A stretch of DNA of 62,938 nt from Candidatus Cloacimonadota bacterium (GTDB lineage Bacteria; Cloacimonadota; Cloacimonadia; Cloacimonadales; WRIO01), in NCBI GenBank assembly GCA_029553545.1, contig JAKPKU010000237.1, positions 1 through 62,938 of the forward strand. The letters are read 5' to 3'. The stretch's first letter is position 1. Each line of letters opens with the position of its first letter. Both the position numbers and the translations under genes were made by a program. This document shows positions 9,166 to 19,800 of the stretch, one piece after another. Under the pieces are notes generated by a model. The model had not been told where the DNA came from. It saw nothing but the letters and a program-made list of their open reading frames with translations, and made no database searches.

Positions 9166-10758
9166 CTATTTTTTAGCTGCCTTTATAAAATGTCTAAATA
9201 ATGGGTGAGGGGTCTCTGGGTTTGATTTAAACTCTGGGTGGAATTGGACACCTATAAAGAAAGGGTGATCCTTGATTTCAACGGCTTCAACAAGTAAATT
9301 ATCAGGGGATAAGCCACTTATTTTCATCCCAAATTCTTCAATAACGCTTCGATATTTATTATTAAATTCATATCTATGTCTATGACGCTCAGATATACTC
9401 TCTTTTTGATAGATTTTTGCTGCAAGGCTATCAGGTTTTAGAATACAAGGATAAGCACCTAATCTCATGCTGCCACCTAAACCATTAATATATTTTTGGT
9501 CTGACATTAAATCAATAATAGGGTTTTTGCAGTTTTCATCAAATTCACTACTATAAGCATCTTCTATCTTACATACATTTTGTGCAAATTCAATCACAGC
9601 AACTTGCATACCTAAGCATATTCCCAAAAACGGTATATTATTTGTTCTTGCATATTTTACAATATTAATCTTCCCGCTTATGCCTCGAATGCCAAAACCT
9701 CCTGGTACTAAAATCCCATCAATATTACCCAAAAGCTCTTTATAGTCTTGTTCATTATAATTTGCTTCTGAGTCGATCCATTTAATACTTAATTTCACAT
9801 TGTTCCAAGCAGCAGAATGGCTTAATGCTTCTACTACACTTTTATAAGCGTCTTTATGATCTATGTACTTACCACATAGCGCAATATTCACAGTGCCATC
9901 TTGAGGGTTTTTGTTATTAGTTAAAAACTTATCCCACTTTATAAAATCTACTTCTTTTTCCTCAATTCTTAAATGCTTGCATATGCGGCTTTGTACCCCG
10001 TGTTGGTAATAGATTTTTGGTATTTCATAAACACAACTGACATCGATAGCACTAAACACATCATGCTCATTTACATTGGTAAAAAGAGCTATCTTTTGTT
10101 TTATCTCTTCATCTAATTCTTGTTCGCATCGACATAGAATAAGGTCAGGTTGAATACCTATTTCTCTAAGTTTATAAGCACTATGTTGTGTTGGTTTTGT
10201 TTTAACCTCGCCAGCTGTATGAATATATGGCACATACGATAAAAAGATAAACATTGAGTTTTCATACCCAACATCTAACCTAAATTGTCTTACAGCTTCT
10301 AAGAAAGGTAAGCTTTCGATATCGCCAACAGTTCCGCCAATTTCAGTGATTACTATATCATTGTCTTCTGCAAGCTTGCTAATAAAGTGCTTAATTTCAT
10401 TTGTAACATGTGGTATAACTTGTACAGTCTTGCCTAAGTATTCGCCTTTTCTTTCATTTTTGATTACATTTTCATAAATAACACCTGAAGTGGTATTCGA
10501 GTTTCTGTTTGTAGAAAGTCCTGTAAAACGTTCATAATGCCCTAAATCTAAATCTGTTTCTGATCCATCATCGGTTACAAATACTTCACCATGTTGAAAG
10601 GGACTCATTGTTCCTGGATCAACATTTAAATATGGATCAAGCTTTTGCATTGCTACTTTGTAACCCATCTTTTGCAACAAAAAACCGATTGATGCAGATG
10701 CAATACCTTTACCAAGAGATGATAATACACCTCCTATTACGAAAATATGTTTTGCCAT
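9166..10758 (-). CDS. pyrG: CTP synthase
   Basis: GGVLSSLGKG, DPYLNVDPGTMSP, GICLGMQ, RHRHRYE and QFHPEF motifs. Confidence 0.98.
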   Translation of the reverse strand: MAKHIFVIGGVLSSLGKGIASASIGFLLQKMGYKVAMQKLDPYLNVDPGTMSPFQHGEVFVTDDGSETDLDLGHYERFTGLSTNRNSNTTSGVIYENVIKNERKGEYLGKTVQVIPHVTNEIKHFISKLAEDNDIVITEIGGTVGDIESLPFLEAVRQFRLDVGYENSMFIFLSYVPYIHTAGEVKTKPTQHSAYKLREIGIQPDLILCRCEQELDEEIKQKIALFTNVNEHDVFSAIDVSCVYEIPKIYYQHGVQSRICKHLRIEEKEVDFIKWDKFLTNNKNPQDGTVNIALCGKYIDHKDAYKSVVEALSHSAAWNNVKLSIKWIDSEANYNEQDYKELLGNIDGILVPGGFGIRGISGKINIVKYARTNNIPFLGICLGMQVAVIEFAQNVCKIEDAYSSEFDENCKNPIIDLMSDQKYINGLGGSMRLGAYPCILKPDSLAAKIYQKESISERHRHRYEFNNKYRSVIEEFGMKISGLSPDNLLVEAVEIKDHPFFIGVQFHPEFKSNPETPHPLFRHFIKAAKK

Positions 10759-11811
10759 TTATACCTCACTTAAAATATTTATATCTTGTTTATAAAGCTT
10801 CGCTTGCGGATTTGCTAAGTTTATGATTTTATTGTTTATTAAGAGTCTTATGTTACAATTTTTCAACACACATTCGTCGTATAAAGAGTAACCAATGGGT
10901 GATTTTAGGTTAGGATTCATGCCTATTACAAGGTGTGCTTCCTGGATATTGTTGGAAAGAAGACTCATTAAAAAATTATCACCATTACGACTTAAAAAAT
11001 CAACAGCAATAATTTTTCCTTTTTCAAATATAATTTGGACATCTTTAATACATTGATTTTCATAATATATTTGCTTGGCAAAAAGAATTCCATCGAGGAG
11101 TTTGTGATTGATCCTCTTTTCAATTTTACCTGTAGGTAATACAATATAGCAACGATTAAAAAACTCGCCATTATATATTAAGCTATCTTCAATGTTAAAA
11201 GTTATTTGTAAAGATCTATCATCGGTCATCAAACTCCACACCACATTATCTTTTAGCATATTATCTATAATAAATGTTTGTTTTTTTAAATCGTGATAAT
11301 TTATGCCAAGCGCTCTTAAATAGAGGTTTTGTAGAATGGAATAATCAAGTTGATAATATTTAGCCAATGCCTTTGTAGGAAGTCCCATTAATACAACTTT
11401 TTTCCCTTGTTTTTTAATCTGGTGCCACATATCATCAGCAGAATGGTTGTATCGGTTGAGATAATAATCAGGAATGTCTTGTATAAAGTATGGGTTTGAT
11501 TTCCAACTAAAATCGATAAAAATATCTGCAAGGCTGACCCATTTTTCATAGTAGTGACTGGGAAGAGCAATAGTTTCATTGTTAAACTCAGAAAATACTC
11601 TTTTTCTTAGGTTTTCAGAGGCAATATCCAAAATAGGAAACGCTGATGCCTTTCGAACTGCTATTGCAAACTCCTCTAACATAGGTAGCTCTATCAATGG
11701 ATCATCCAAGTTGTAGCCATTATGAATTTCAGCACTTAGGTTTACAATATGATTCTGTTTGATTTTGATAACATTATGAGTAATGTTAAATACAATTGCA
11801 GCAATGTCCAT
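10759..11811 (-). CDS. Degenerate M29 (aminopeptidase T-like) family protein
   Basis: Layout resembles M29 (LPTG, FEKGKII, IGMNP, YDE), but the expected Glu and His metal ligands appear substituted. Confidence 0.55.
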   Translation of the reverse strand: MDIAAIVFNITHNVIKIKQNHIVNLSAEIHNGYNLDDPLIELPMLEEFAIAVRKASAFPILDIASENLRKRVFSEFNNETIALPSHYYEKWVSLADIFIDFSWKSNPYFIQDIPDYYLNRYNHSADDMWHQIKKQGKKVVLMGLPTKALAKYYQLDYSILQNLYLRALGINYHDLKKQTFIIDNMLKDNVVWSLMTDDRSLQITFNIEDSLIYNGEFFNRCYIVLPTGKIEKRINHKLLDGILFAKQIYYENQCIKDVQIIFEKGKIIAVDFLSRNGDNFLMSLLSNNIQEAHLVIGMNPNLKSPIGYSLYDECVLKNCNIRLLINNKIINLANPQAKLYKQDINILSEV

Positions 11812-11816
11812 GTTTT

Positions 11817-12650
11817 TTACTCTGGGTTTAAATAGTTATTTTCAATATACCAAGTCTCACCAAGTTTGACTTTGGATAATGAAAAATTATTAATATTAAG
11901 AATGTCTTGCGCAATTTTGCAAAACTTATCTTCATTATCACTTACGAAGAAAAAGTCCTTACCGATACAATTATCGGTATTCTTTGAGATTTTGGATTCA
12001 ATATCAGTCAATATTGAGATTGCTGAATCTACAAGATGAACATCTTTGCCCATAACTTCTTGAATTACTGGCTTTAGGATAGGGTAATGAGTGCAACCTA
12101 ATACTAAAGTATCAATATCTTTGTCCTTTAATTCGTGTAAATACTCATTTGCAATATCTTTGGTTATTGGATGATTTACCCAACCTTCTTCTGCAAGAGA
12201 TACAAATAGGGGACAGGCTTTAGAATAGATTTCTGCATCAGGCTTTATTGACAGTATTGTCTTTTTGTAGGCTTCGCTGCGTATGGTGCCTTCTGTTCCA
12301 ATTACACCTATTCTACCATTCTTTGTATGTGCTACTGCATTTCTTGAACCTGCTTCTATTACGCCAATAATTGGAATATCGAATATTTTTTGTAAAATAT
12401 CGAGAGAAACGGCTGATGATGTATTGCACGCAATTACGACCATCTTAACGCCTTCTTGTATCAAAAATCGAGTATTTTGAATGGAATAATCAATCACTGT
12501 GTGTTTTGATTTAGGACCGTATGGTACACGGGCTGTATCGCCAAAATAGATGATATCCTCATAAGGGAATTTCTTACGAATCTCTTTAAAAACGGTTAAA
12601 CCACCGACACCAGAATCAAAAACACCAATTGCTTGTTTTTTATTTTTCAT
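11817..12650 (-). CDS. murI: Glutamate racemase
   Basis: DSGVGG, PYG, ACNT and LGCTHY motifs. Confidence 0.97.
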   Translation of the reverse strand: MKNKKQAIGVFDSGVGGLTVFKEIRKKFPYEDIIYFGDTARVPYGPKSKHTVIDYSIQNTRFLIQEGVKMVVIACNTSSAVSLDILQKIFDIPIIGVIEAGSRNAVAHTKNGRIGVIGTEGTIRSEAYKKTILSIKPDAEIYSKACPLFVSLAEEGWVNHPITKDIANEYLHELKDKDIDTLVLGCTHYPILKPVIQEVMGKDVHLVDSAISILTDIESKISKNTDNCIGKDFFFVSDNEDKFCKIAQDILNINNFSLSKVKLGETWYIENNYLNPE

Positions 12651-12659
12651 TTATTTCTC

Positions 12660-13724
12660 TTATGGTAGTATTTTTTCTAATACCTTTTCATCTATCGTTT
12701 CAATTAGTTTTATGATAAGATCTAATGTTGCTTGGTAGTCAGACATTTTCATCATGCAATTATGACTATGTGCATATCGTACGGGTACAGCTAAGACGAT
12801 AGTTGGAACACCTATATTTGAAATATGAATCTTTCCAGCATCTGTTCCACCAGATTTTCGGACTGCAATTTGATAAGGTATTTTATATTTTTCGCAAACA
12901 TCAATCACAAGGTTTTTGAAAGCAGGATTTGTTAGCATTGTTGGATCGATTACTCTCATTTGTAGACCTTTACCCATACCACATTGAACTTCGTCACGAT
13001 TTCCTGGAAAATCATCTCCAGGTGATCCCTCAAGTACAATTGCAATATCTGGTTTAACTAAGTTTGCGATAGTTTGAGCGCCTCTCGTTCCGACTTCTTC
13101 TTGGGCTGAGCCTGCGCAATATATTGTATTTGGATGATTATTATTTTTAAAATACTGTGCAGTTTCTATGGCTAAAGCAATCCCAGCTCTGTCATCGAAC
13201 GCTTTAGATATCATGATGTCTTTTTTATCGATGAAATGATAATGGGGGATAGGTACCACAAAATCTCCCTTTCTAATTTCAAATGACTCTTCGATCTCTT
13301 TATCAGATTCAGCACCTAAATCGATATACATATCATCAATACTAAGTTTGCCTGAAGTATCTTTTAAATGATGAACAGGGACAGATCCAATTATTCCAGT
13401 AAAACGCTCACCTTTATGATTAATAACTTCAACAGGAGAGGACATTAATGTACGTGGATCCCATCCGCCAATACTGATAAATCTTAATAAACCATTTTTT
13501 GTAATAGAATGTACCATAAAGCCGATTTCATCGAGATGTCCAACAACTAATATCCTTGGTTTTTCAGAAGTGCCTTTCAATTCAAAAGCAATAGAGCCTA
13601 AATTGTCTTTAACAAAAGGAACGTCGGTTCCAATTTGATTTTGCATATATTCTTTGATTAGTCTTTCATCACCTGATACACCAGATAAAAGTGTAATTTG
13701 TTTTAAGATTTCTTTTGATTTCAT
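12660..13724 (-). CDS. M42 family (TET) aminopeptidase
   Basis: HLDEIG, KAFDDR, QEEVG, GGTDAG and RYAHS motifs. Confidence 0.93.
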   Translation of the reverse strand: MKSKEILKQITLLSGVSGDERLIKEYMQNQIGTDVPFVKDNLGSIAFELKGTSEKPRILVVGHLDEIGFMVHSITKNGLLRFISIGGWDPRTLMSSPVEVINHKGERFTGIIGSVPVHHLKDTSGKLSIDDMYIDLGAESDKEIEESFEIRKGDFVVPIPHYHFIDKKDIMISKAFDDRAGIALAIETAQYFKNNNHPNTIYCAGSAQEEVGTRGAQTIANLVKPDIAIVLEGSPGDDFPGNRDEVQCGMGKGLQMRVIDPTMLTNPAFKNLVIDVCEKYKIPYQIAVRKSGGTDAGKIHISNIGVPTIVLAVPVRYAHSHNCMMKMSDYQATLDLIIKLIETIDEKVLEKILP

Positions 13725-14097
13725 AATATTCTCACTTTCATTATATGTTTATTACATTATTTCATTTTTTTATATTTTGTCAAGGTTTTTCATATTTATT
13801 TTACGATATTTATATAATTGATTCTTGTAAGGGTTTAAATAGGAATATTTACAATAAAGATGTTAGCAAAATAATCAATAATCATATATATACAATTAGT
13901 AAACAACGATCTCCTTATTTATTGGAAGGACTATTATGGGTGGGGTAAAATTTATTTGAATCTAAATCTTCAGATGTCAATTTTAAGCAGTTTTATAAAA
14001 ATATTATTTGGTGCTTGCATGGTAAATAGAGTTTATTAATCTTTAGTTGATACAAATCTTAATTTTTATTAATTCACATTTTTAAGGCAATAAATGT

Positions 14098-14188
14098 CCC
14101 TTTGATCTCCTTTCGATACCTATAAGATTCTCGTTCATTCTCCAAGATAGCAAGGGGAATGTAAGAGGTATCAAAGGGGTAATGTATT
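14098..14188 (+). repeat. Phased 11-bp inverted-array element, copy 1
   Basis: CCCTTTGATCT/CCTTTCGATAC/CTATAAGATTC/TCGTTCATTCT, core CCAAGATAGCAAGG, then GGAATGTAAGA/GGTATCAAAGG/GGTAATGTATT. Confidence 0.85.
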
Positions 14189-14388
14189 GAAAGATAGTTC
14201 TTTCCAGTTTGTGTTATCATAAAGGTAAAAAGAGGGTAAAATGGTATATCTTGTAGGTTGATTTTAAGTGTAATTTACTATTATTTTGGAACTGAAGTCA
14301 GGGCGTAATAGCTTATATTTAGATATTAGTTTGTTTTGAATAAAGTAAAAATAGGGGAGGGGTGGTTACTTAGTAAATGAAATTATAT

Positions 14389-14669
14389 GGATGCGTTGAT
14401 AATTGCATAAATCAGAATATCAGACTTGAAAATTACTAAAAGATGAAAACTGAGATAAGTAATGTAATTGATCTGATCCAGCTAAGAAGAGTTGTTCGTA
14501 CAAAAAAAAATCATCTCTAAAGCCGCTTGTAGTAGGCATCTGCTGATTTGGTCGAAAATAGTTTTCGAAAAACTCCATTTTGTAAACCCTATATATATAG
14601 AGGGTGGTGTTTTTATTTTTGATTTTGCTTTATTCTTGTATAAGCTATTTTGAGTACGATGTAACAGTC
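14389..14669 (-). mobile_element. MITE-like ~280-bp repeat, copy A (inverted relative to B and C)
   Basis: The reverse complement aligns end to end with 41926-42200 and 51619-51887. Terminal repeats are degenerate versions of GGCTGTTGCATA. Confidence 0.75.
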
Positions 14670-15220
14670 TTTATTAGGAGAGTTGGTTCGAGCTTTGTAA
14701 AGGGTAATAAAGTGTATATTAAAGAGAATTAGAGCAATATGATGCTAAATCGTTGAAGATATATTAAAATTTAATAATGTTTATTAATATTTTTTGCTAT
14801 GCAATGATAAAAATATCCGTTAAAATGTTATAGTTTATCAATTTTTTAATAATTAAATTTAAAAATTTGTTTTTCTCATTTCGAGAAGAGAAGAGAAGTA
14901 AAGATGAATTATAGTTAATAAAAGATTTGACTTTATTTATTATTAAGAAAGAAAAATCATTATATTTGTAGAGCAGATTTAAAATTATTGTATATTGAGA
15001 ACTATGTAGATTTGATATGTTTTTTTAGGTTATTTGTTTAATTGACTTAGTATTAACAAGAAGTTTTATTATAATGACGATTTGAAAGTTATTATTTACA
15101 GGATAATACAATTTTAATCAAAAAGAGTATAAGTAGCCTATCAATTAGCTTGCTTATTATTACCTGATTACAATTAGAATCATAAGCAATATTATGTAAA
15201 CCATAAGATGAAGCAAAATA

Positions 15221-15244
15221 ATAGAGCCAGGATACTGGCTCTAT
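15221..15244 (-). terminator. Rho-independent terminator of the marR-osmC-trx unit
   Basis: ATAGAGCCAG-GATA-CTGGCTCTAT hairpin 4 nt after the stop, followed by TATTTT on the minus strand. Confidence 0.75.
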
Positions 15245-15248
15245 ATAA

Positions 15249-15698
15249 TTATTTTTTAAGTAAAGATTTCAAATGATCAATGTAAGCAGTTGCTCCACCT
15301 TTTTGATAACCAGTGACATTTATTACTTTACCTTTGGAATCTGTTAAGACGATAGTTGGAAATCCTTGTACTTGGTATTTTTGTGCTAAAGCGCGATTTG
15401 AGTTTTTAACCTGTTCAGTTTGAGCAATTTTTTGAGGGAAATCTATTTTTAGAAGGATTAAATTCTTTTTTGCATAGTTCTCGAATTCCTTCGTATCAAA
15501 AACTTCTTCGCTGAGTCTTTTGCACCAGATACACCAATCTGATCCTGTAAAGTTTATTAGAATTGGTAATTTGCTTTCTGTTGATTGTTTTAATGCTTGA
15601 TCATAATCTTCTAACCACACTAAATTATTAGAGCTTTTTGCGCAAGCAACGACGAAAACACTTAGAAATACTAAGAGTATAATAAATTTTGTTTTCAT
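15249..15698 (-). CDS. Thioredoxin-fold lipoprotein
   Basis: Lipobox VVAC, FTGSDWCIWC active site, GFPT cis-Pro loop. Confidence 0.9.
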   Translation of the reverse strand: MKTKFIILLVFLSVFVVACAKSSNNLVWLEDYDQALKQSTESKLPILINFTGSDWCIWCKRLSEEVFDTKEFENYAKKNLILLKIDFPQKIAQTEQVKNSNRALAQKYQVQGFPTIVLTDSKGKVINVTGYQKGGATAYIDHLKSLLKK

Positions 15699-16117
15699 AT
15701 TTCTTCTCCATTAAGAATTATTTTTACTTCGATTTCAAATGCTTTTTGCAGCATTGCTGAAACAGCGCAATACTTATCCTTTGACAAGCTAACTGCTTTT
15801 TTAATACTGTCTGGTTTTAAGCTTTCGCCTTCGAAAATATATGACAATACTGCCTTTTTGAATACCATTGGATGAGTGTCTTCTGTATCAGCCGATACTT
15901 TTAATTGAAATTTAAAGTCTTTAAATTTCATCTTTTCTAAAATAGATACTACATCCATCCCAGTACAAGCTCCCAGAGCTGACAATAAGAGTCCTTTTGG
16001 ACGTGGCCCTCTATCATCTCCACCACCTTCTTTTGATACATCGAGTACAAATTCGTGGTTATCTAATTCTGTTAAAAAAGTAAATCTTTCTTTCCAAGTT
16101 AATGTTGTTTCAATCAT
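15695..16117 (-). CDS. OsmC/YhfA family protein
   Basis: GPRP, LGACTGMDV and KYCAVS two-Cys pattern. Confidence 0.9.
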   Translation of the reverse strand: MIETTLTWKERFTFLTELDNHEFVLDVSKEGGGDDRGPRPKGLLLSALGACTGMDVVSILEKMKFKDFKFQLKVSADTEDTHPMVFKKAVLSYIFEGESLKPDSIKKAVSLSKDKYCAVSAMLQKAFEIEVKIILNGEEI

Positions 16118-16126
16118 AATTTTACC

Positions 16127-16588
16127 TCATTTCTTTTTTTTGTTTTTTTGTGGCATCTTCTTGAGCAGATTTAACCACAAATTTAAAGCTTCATATATAC
16201 TTAAACGCTCATTATCGGTTAATTTAGATAGCATTTTATTGTATTTATCGACTGATTCTATTGTATATTTTTCAACCATTTTCTTTCCCTTATCGTTGAT
16301 TTGAGTATAGAAAATACGTCTATCAGTGTCTGATTGTTTCCTTACAACGAGATCTTTACGTTCCAAACTATCAATTAGATGAGTAATTCTACTATGTGTC
16401 ACACCAAGTTTGCCTGCAAGTTCTTTCATAGTTATTATTGAGTTAGTGTGCAGTAAAATATGTAATAAGTTACATTCTACTCTGCCAAGCTTTGAGCATT
16501 TTCTTTGCATGAATTCGACATTTCCCATAAGCTTGGCAATTTTATTAGTAACTTCGTTTAATCTTTCTCCAACTTCTATTTTTTCCAT
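16127..16588 (-). CDS. MarR family transcriptional regulator
   Basis: Winged HTH (MKELA..LGVTHSRITHLIDSLERK) and DRR motif. Start moved to the ATG at 16588, behind GGGGG; the track's N-terminal extension looks spurious. Confidence 0.88.
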   Translation of the reverse strand: MEKIEVGERLNEVTNKIAKLMGNVEFMQRKCSKLGRVECNLLHILLHTNSIITMKELAGKLGVTHSRITHLIDSLERKDLVVRKQSDTDRRIFYTQINDKGKKMVEKYTIESVDKYNKMLSKLTDNERLSIYEALNLWLNLLKKMPQKNKKKK

Positions 16589-16863
16589 TTTGCCCCCATA
16601 TATTTGGTTATTATTAGTATTAAAAACTATATATATTATAAGTGATAGTATAAAAAAAGCAAATATAATATAAATAATTATTGTTAGTAAGCTCATAAAA
16701 TCATTTTTCTTGCTAACTACCATAGAAAACATTGGTGAAAAATATTATTTAATATTATATAACCACCTTATATACAATTGATTAGAGAAATGATCAACAA
16801 ACAAATAAATAGATAGATTAAAAATTAATTGACAACAATACATTAAAACTATTTAATAAACTT

Positions 16864-19800
16864 ATGAATGATTACAAACATCCAACAGCTAAAAAAAATA
16901 AGCATGGTATCAAAAAACCATTCGAAGAAGAGGTTTATAAAAATTTTCAATTAAAGGAAAATGATATCATTGCAGATAAATATCGTATTATAGAAAAGAT
17001 TAATTCAGGATTATTAAGTGAAGTATATCTTGTCGAAAACATGACAAATAATAAGTTCCAAGCAATTAAAATCTTTGGTAAATATAATGAGATCAGAGAC
17101 ATATACGATTTTATTCGTATCAATACAACCTTAATGCAAAAGCTTAATCATAAGAATATCGTTAAAATTAGCGATTTTATTGATTCAAATTATGTTTTAC
17201 AGGAAATGGAATACGTAAAAGGGAATTCACTTGAATCTTTGATATATAAAAAAGACATTAAGAAATCACAGCTTCTCCCCTACTCTTTACAAATAGCTGA
17301 AGCAATGAAAGAAGCACATGATAACAATATTCATCATACCGACTTAAAGCCTGCTAATATATTAATAAATGATCAAAACACAGTAAAGATAATAGATTTC
17401 TCACACCCTCAAATACATAAAATGTTATTTATCGAAGAAGTTTTGACAAATGAATATCTTGCACCTGAATTTTCAAACCTTACTAATGAGCCTGATGAAC
17501 TTGATTATAATCAACAAGATATATTTGCATTCGGAGTTACCTTATACGAATTATTGTATAAAAAACTACCTTTCCATAAAGATGGTAGAGTGATAAATTA
17601 TAAGATTCCAAGAAGAATAAGGCACAGTAAGAATCCTATTGATAAGATAATTAAAGGTTGTTTATACTATTATCCTGAAGATAGGTATCAAAGCTTTGAC
17701 GAAATAATTGAAGATTTAAAAAAGATTAAACCACAAAAAGACTTTTCATTCAATATGATTAAAAAAACTATTTCAAAGCAATTTAAGTTTACAAGCCTTA
17801 AACCATACATACAAGATGATTTTAAATACCTTTGGCTCGCTTTGTTGTCACTCTTTTTAATTCTACCGTTTTATCTAATTGTCCAAAGGAATACAGAAAC
17901 ACTTGACAATGAGATACTTATCGACTCTCCCCCATTTTCAACATACATTAATATGAACTATCAAGGTAAACCGCCATTTAAAACTCGATTGACCAAAGGA
18001 GATCACATAGAGTTTGTAGATGAGAATGGAAAGAGTCAATTTGAGATGATATATGACCAAGAAAAGAAAATAGACCTTAAGTTTACTAAGAAAAAGATTT
18101 TTTTAAATAATCGTCTTTATGGGCAAATTGTGGATAATGTAACAGACCTTCCTCTGAGCCCATCCCTTAAGTATGTTAAATCTAAAATCTATTTATCAAA
18201 GAAAGACTTTAAGCGACAAAAAAAGAGGCTAATTATTAGTCTGGGGGAGAATATAGATGAGCAGATATTGGATCAGTTGCCTGAAAAAACTGAATTTATA
18301 AATCTAAAAAACAATAATCGAATTCGAAGTATTAAAAAGCTCCTCAAGCTTCAAGGTTTACATGGGCTAAACCTTGAAGGCTCAACAGTTAATACTGATG
18401 ATATTAAAGAGTTTAGAAACCTCAAGCATTTAAATTTAAAAAAAACAAAAATCAAACGCATCTCCCCCATTGTCAGAAATTCTAAATTAAAGAATCTTGA
18501 TATAAGCAATACCGATATTAGATCAGTTGATGCGATTGTAAATCTGAAAAATATCGAAAACATTCATGTATCTGGCGATTCTCTCAAAGATATTAGACCA
18601 TTTTTAAATCTACCAAATCTAAAATCAATCAGCACTAATAGAGAAATATACCCTGACTTAGATATGGATTCATTAAATAGACTGATAAAGAATAATCATG
18701 AGCATCAAACGGTAAAACGTATTTACAATAATAAGAAAAAAAACAATTACAATTATATTATCTTTTTTTTAGTAACACTTTTAATGTCAATTATCATAGT
18801 CTTTTTGATAAGGATATTTTTCTATAGAAAGCATAACAATCTGCAGGAGTCACATCTTGATGAGCATGTCGAATCCACTGACGATGAGACAATTCCTAAA
18901 ACACAAAAATATAGTGATAGAGAAATTGGGCATATAAAAAAAGCTATTGCAGATAAGCGGCTACATTTACCTCCTAAAGATAATGCCTTATACTATCTTA
19001 GTGCTTTATTAAAAAACAATAATAACGATGAAACTCTTTTAGAGTTAAAGAATGAAGTCCTTAATAGTCTGAAAGAGAAATGTGAGTTACACACAAAACG
19101 TTCAGAACATGAAGCCGTATATCTTATTAGTTCTGAATGCAATAAGTTTTTCCCTGATCCAATTTATAGCAAAAAGCTAAATGAAATTAAGAGAAAGTTA
19201 ATTAAAAACTATGGGCTTCATATGGTTAAATTAAAAGGTGGTAAGTTCTTAATGGGAGACTACACTGTTCAATATACTGACAATTTTAACTCTGCTCACG
19301 AAGTACATTTAGATGCATTTAAAATAAGCCGGACTGTAATAACTAATAGCCAGTTCTGTGATTTTTTAAATTCACAAGGCAACCAAATAGAGTTCGGCAC
19401 ACCCTGGTATAAAGAAGATAGCCAGTATGCAAGAATAGAGAAATCCAAAAGTTTCTATGTGTGTAAAGAGCCTTACCAAGACTTCCCTGTATACGATGTC
19501 AGTTGGTTTGGTGCAGTGCGTTTTTGTGAATGGAAAGGTGGAAGGTTGCCTACTGAAGCTGAATGGGAGTATGCTGCTCGTTCTGGCGGCAAACAGCATC
19601 TTTACGCTGTTAAAGGCGAGTTAAATAAAAATAAGGCAAATTACCTTGTAGATATAAATGATACTTTGTGGCATTCTGTTTTTCCAGTCAAAAGCTTTAA
19701 ACCCAATAATGCTAAGCTTTATGAGATGAGCGGTAATATACTTGAATGGTGCCAAGACTGGTATGATAAGTATTATTATGAAATTTCACCTGATAAAAAC

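Noticed and set aside
16589-16732. Hydrophobic N-terminal extension of MarR suggesting a membrane-anchored regulator
   Set aside because: This is AT-rich divergent promoter DNA, and a better RBS and ATG lie at 16588.
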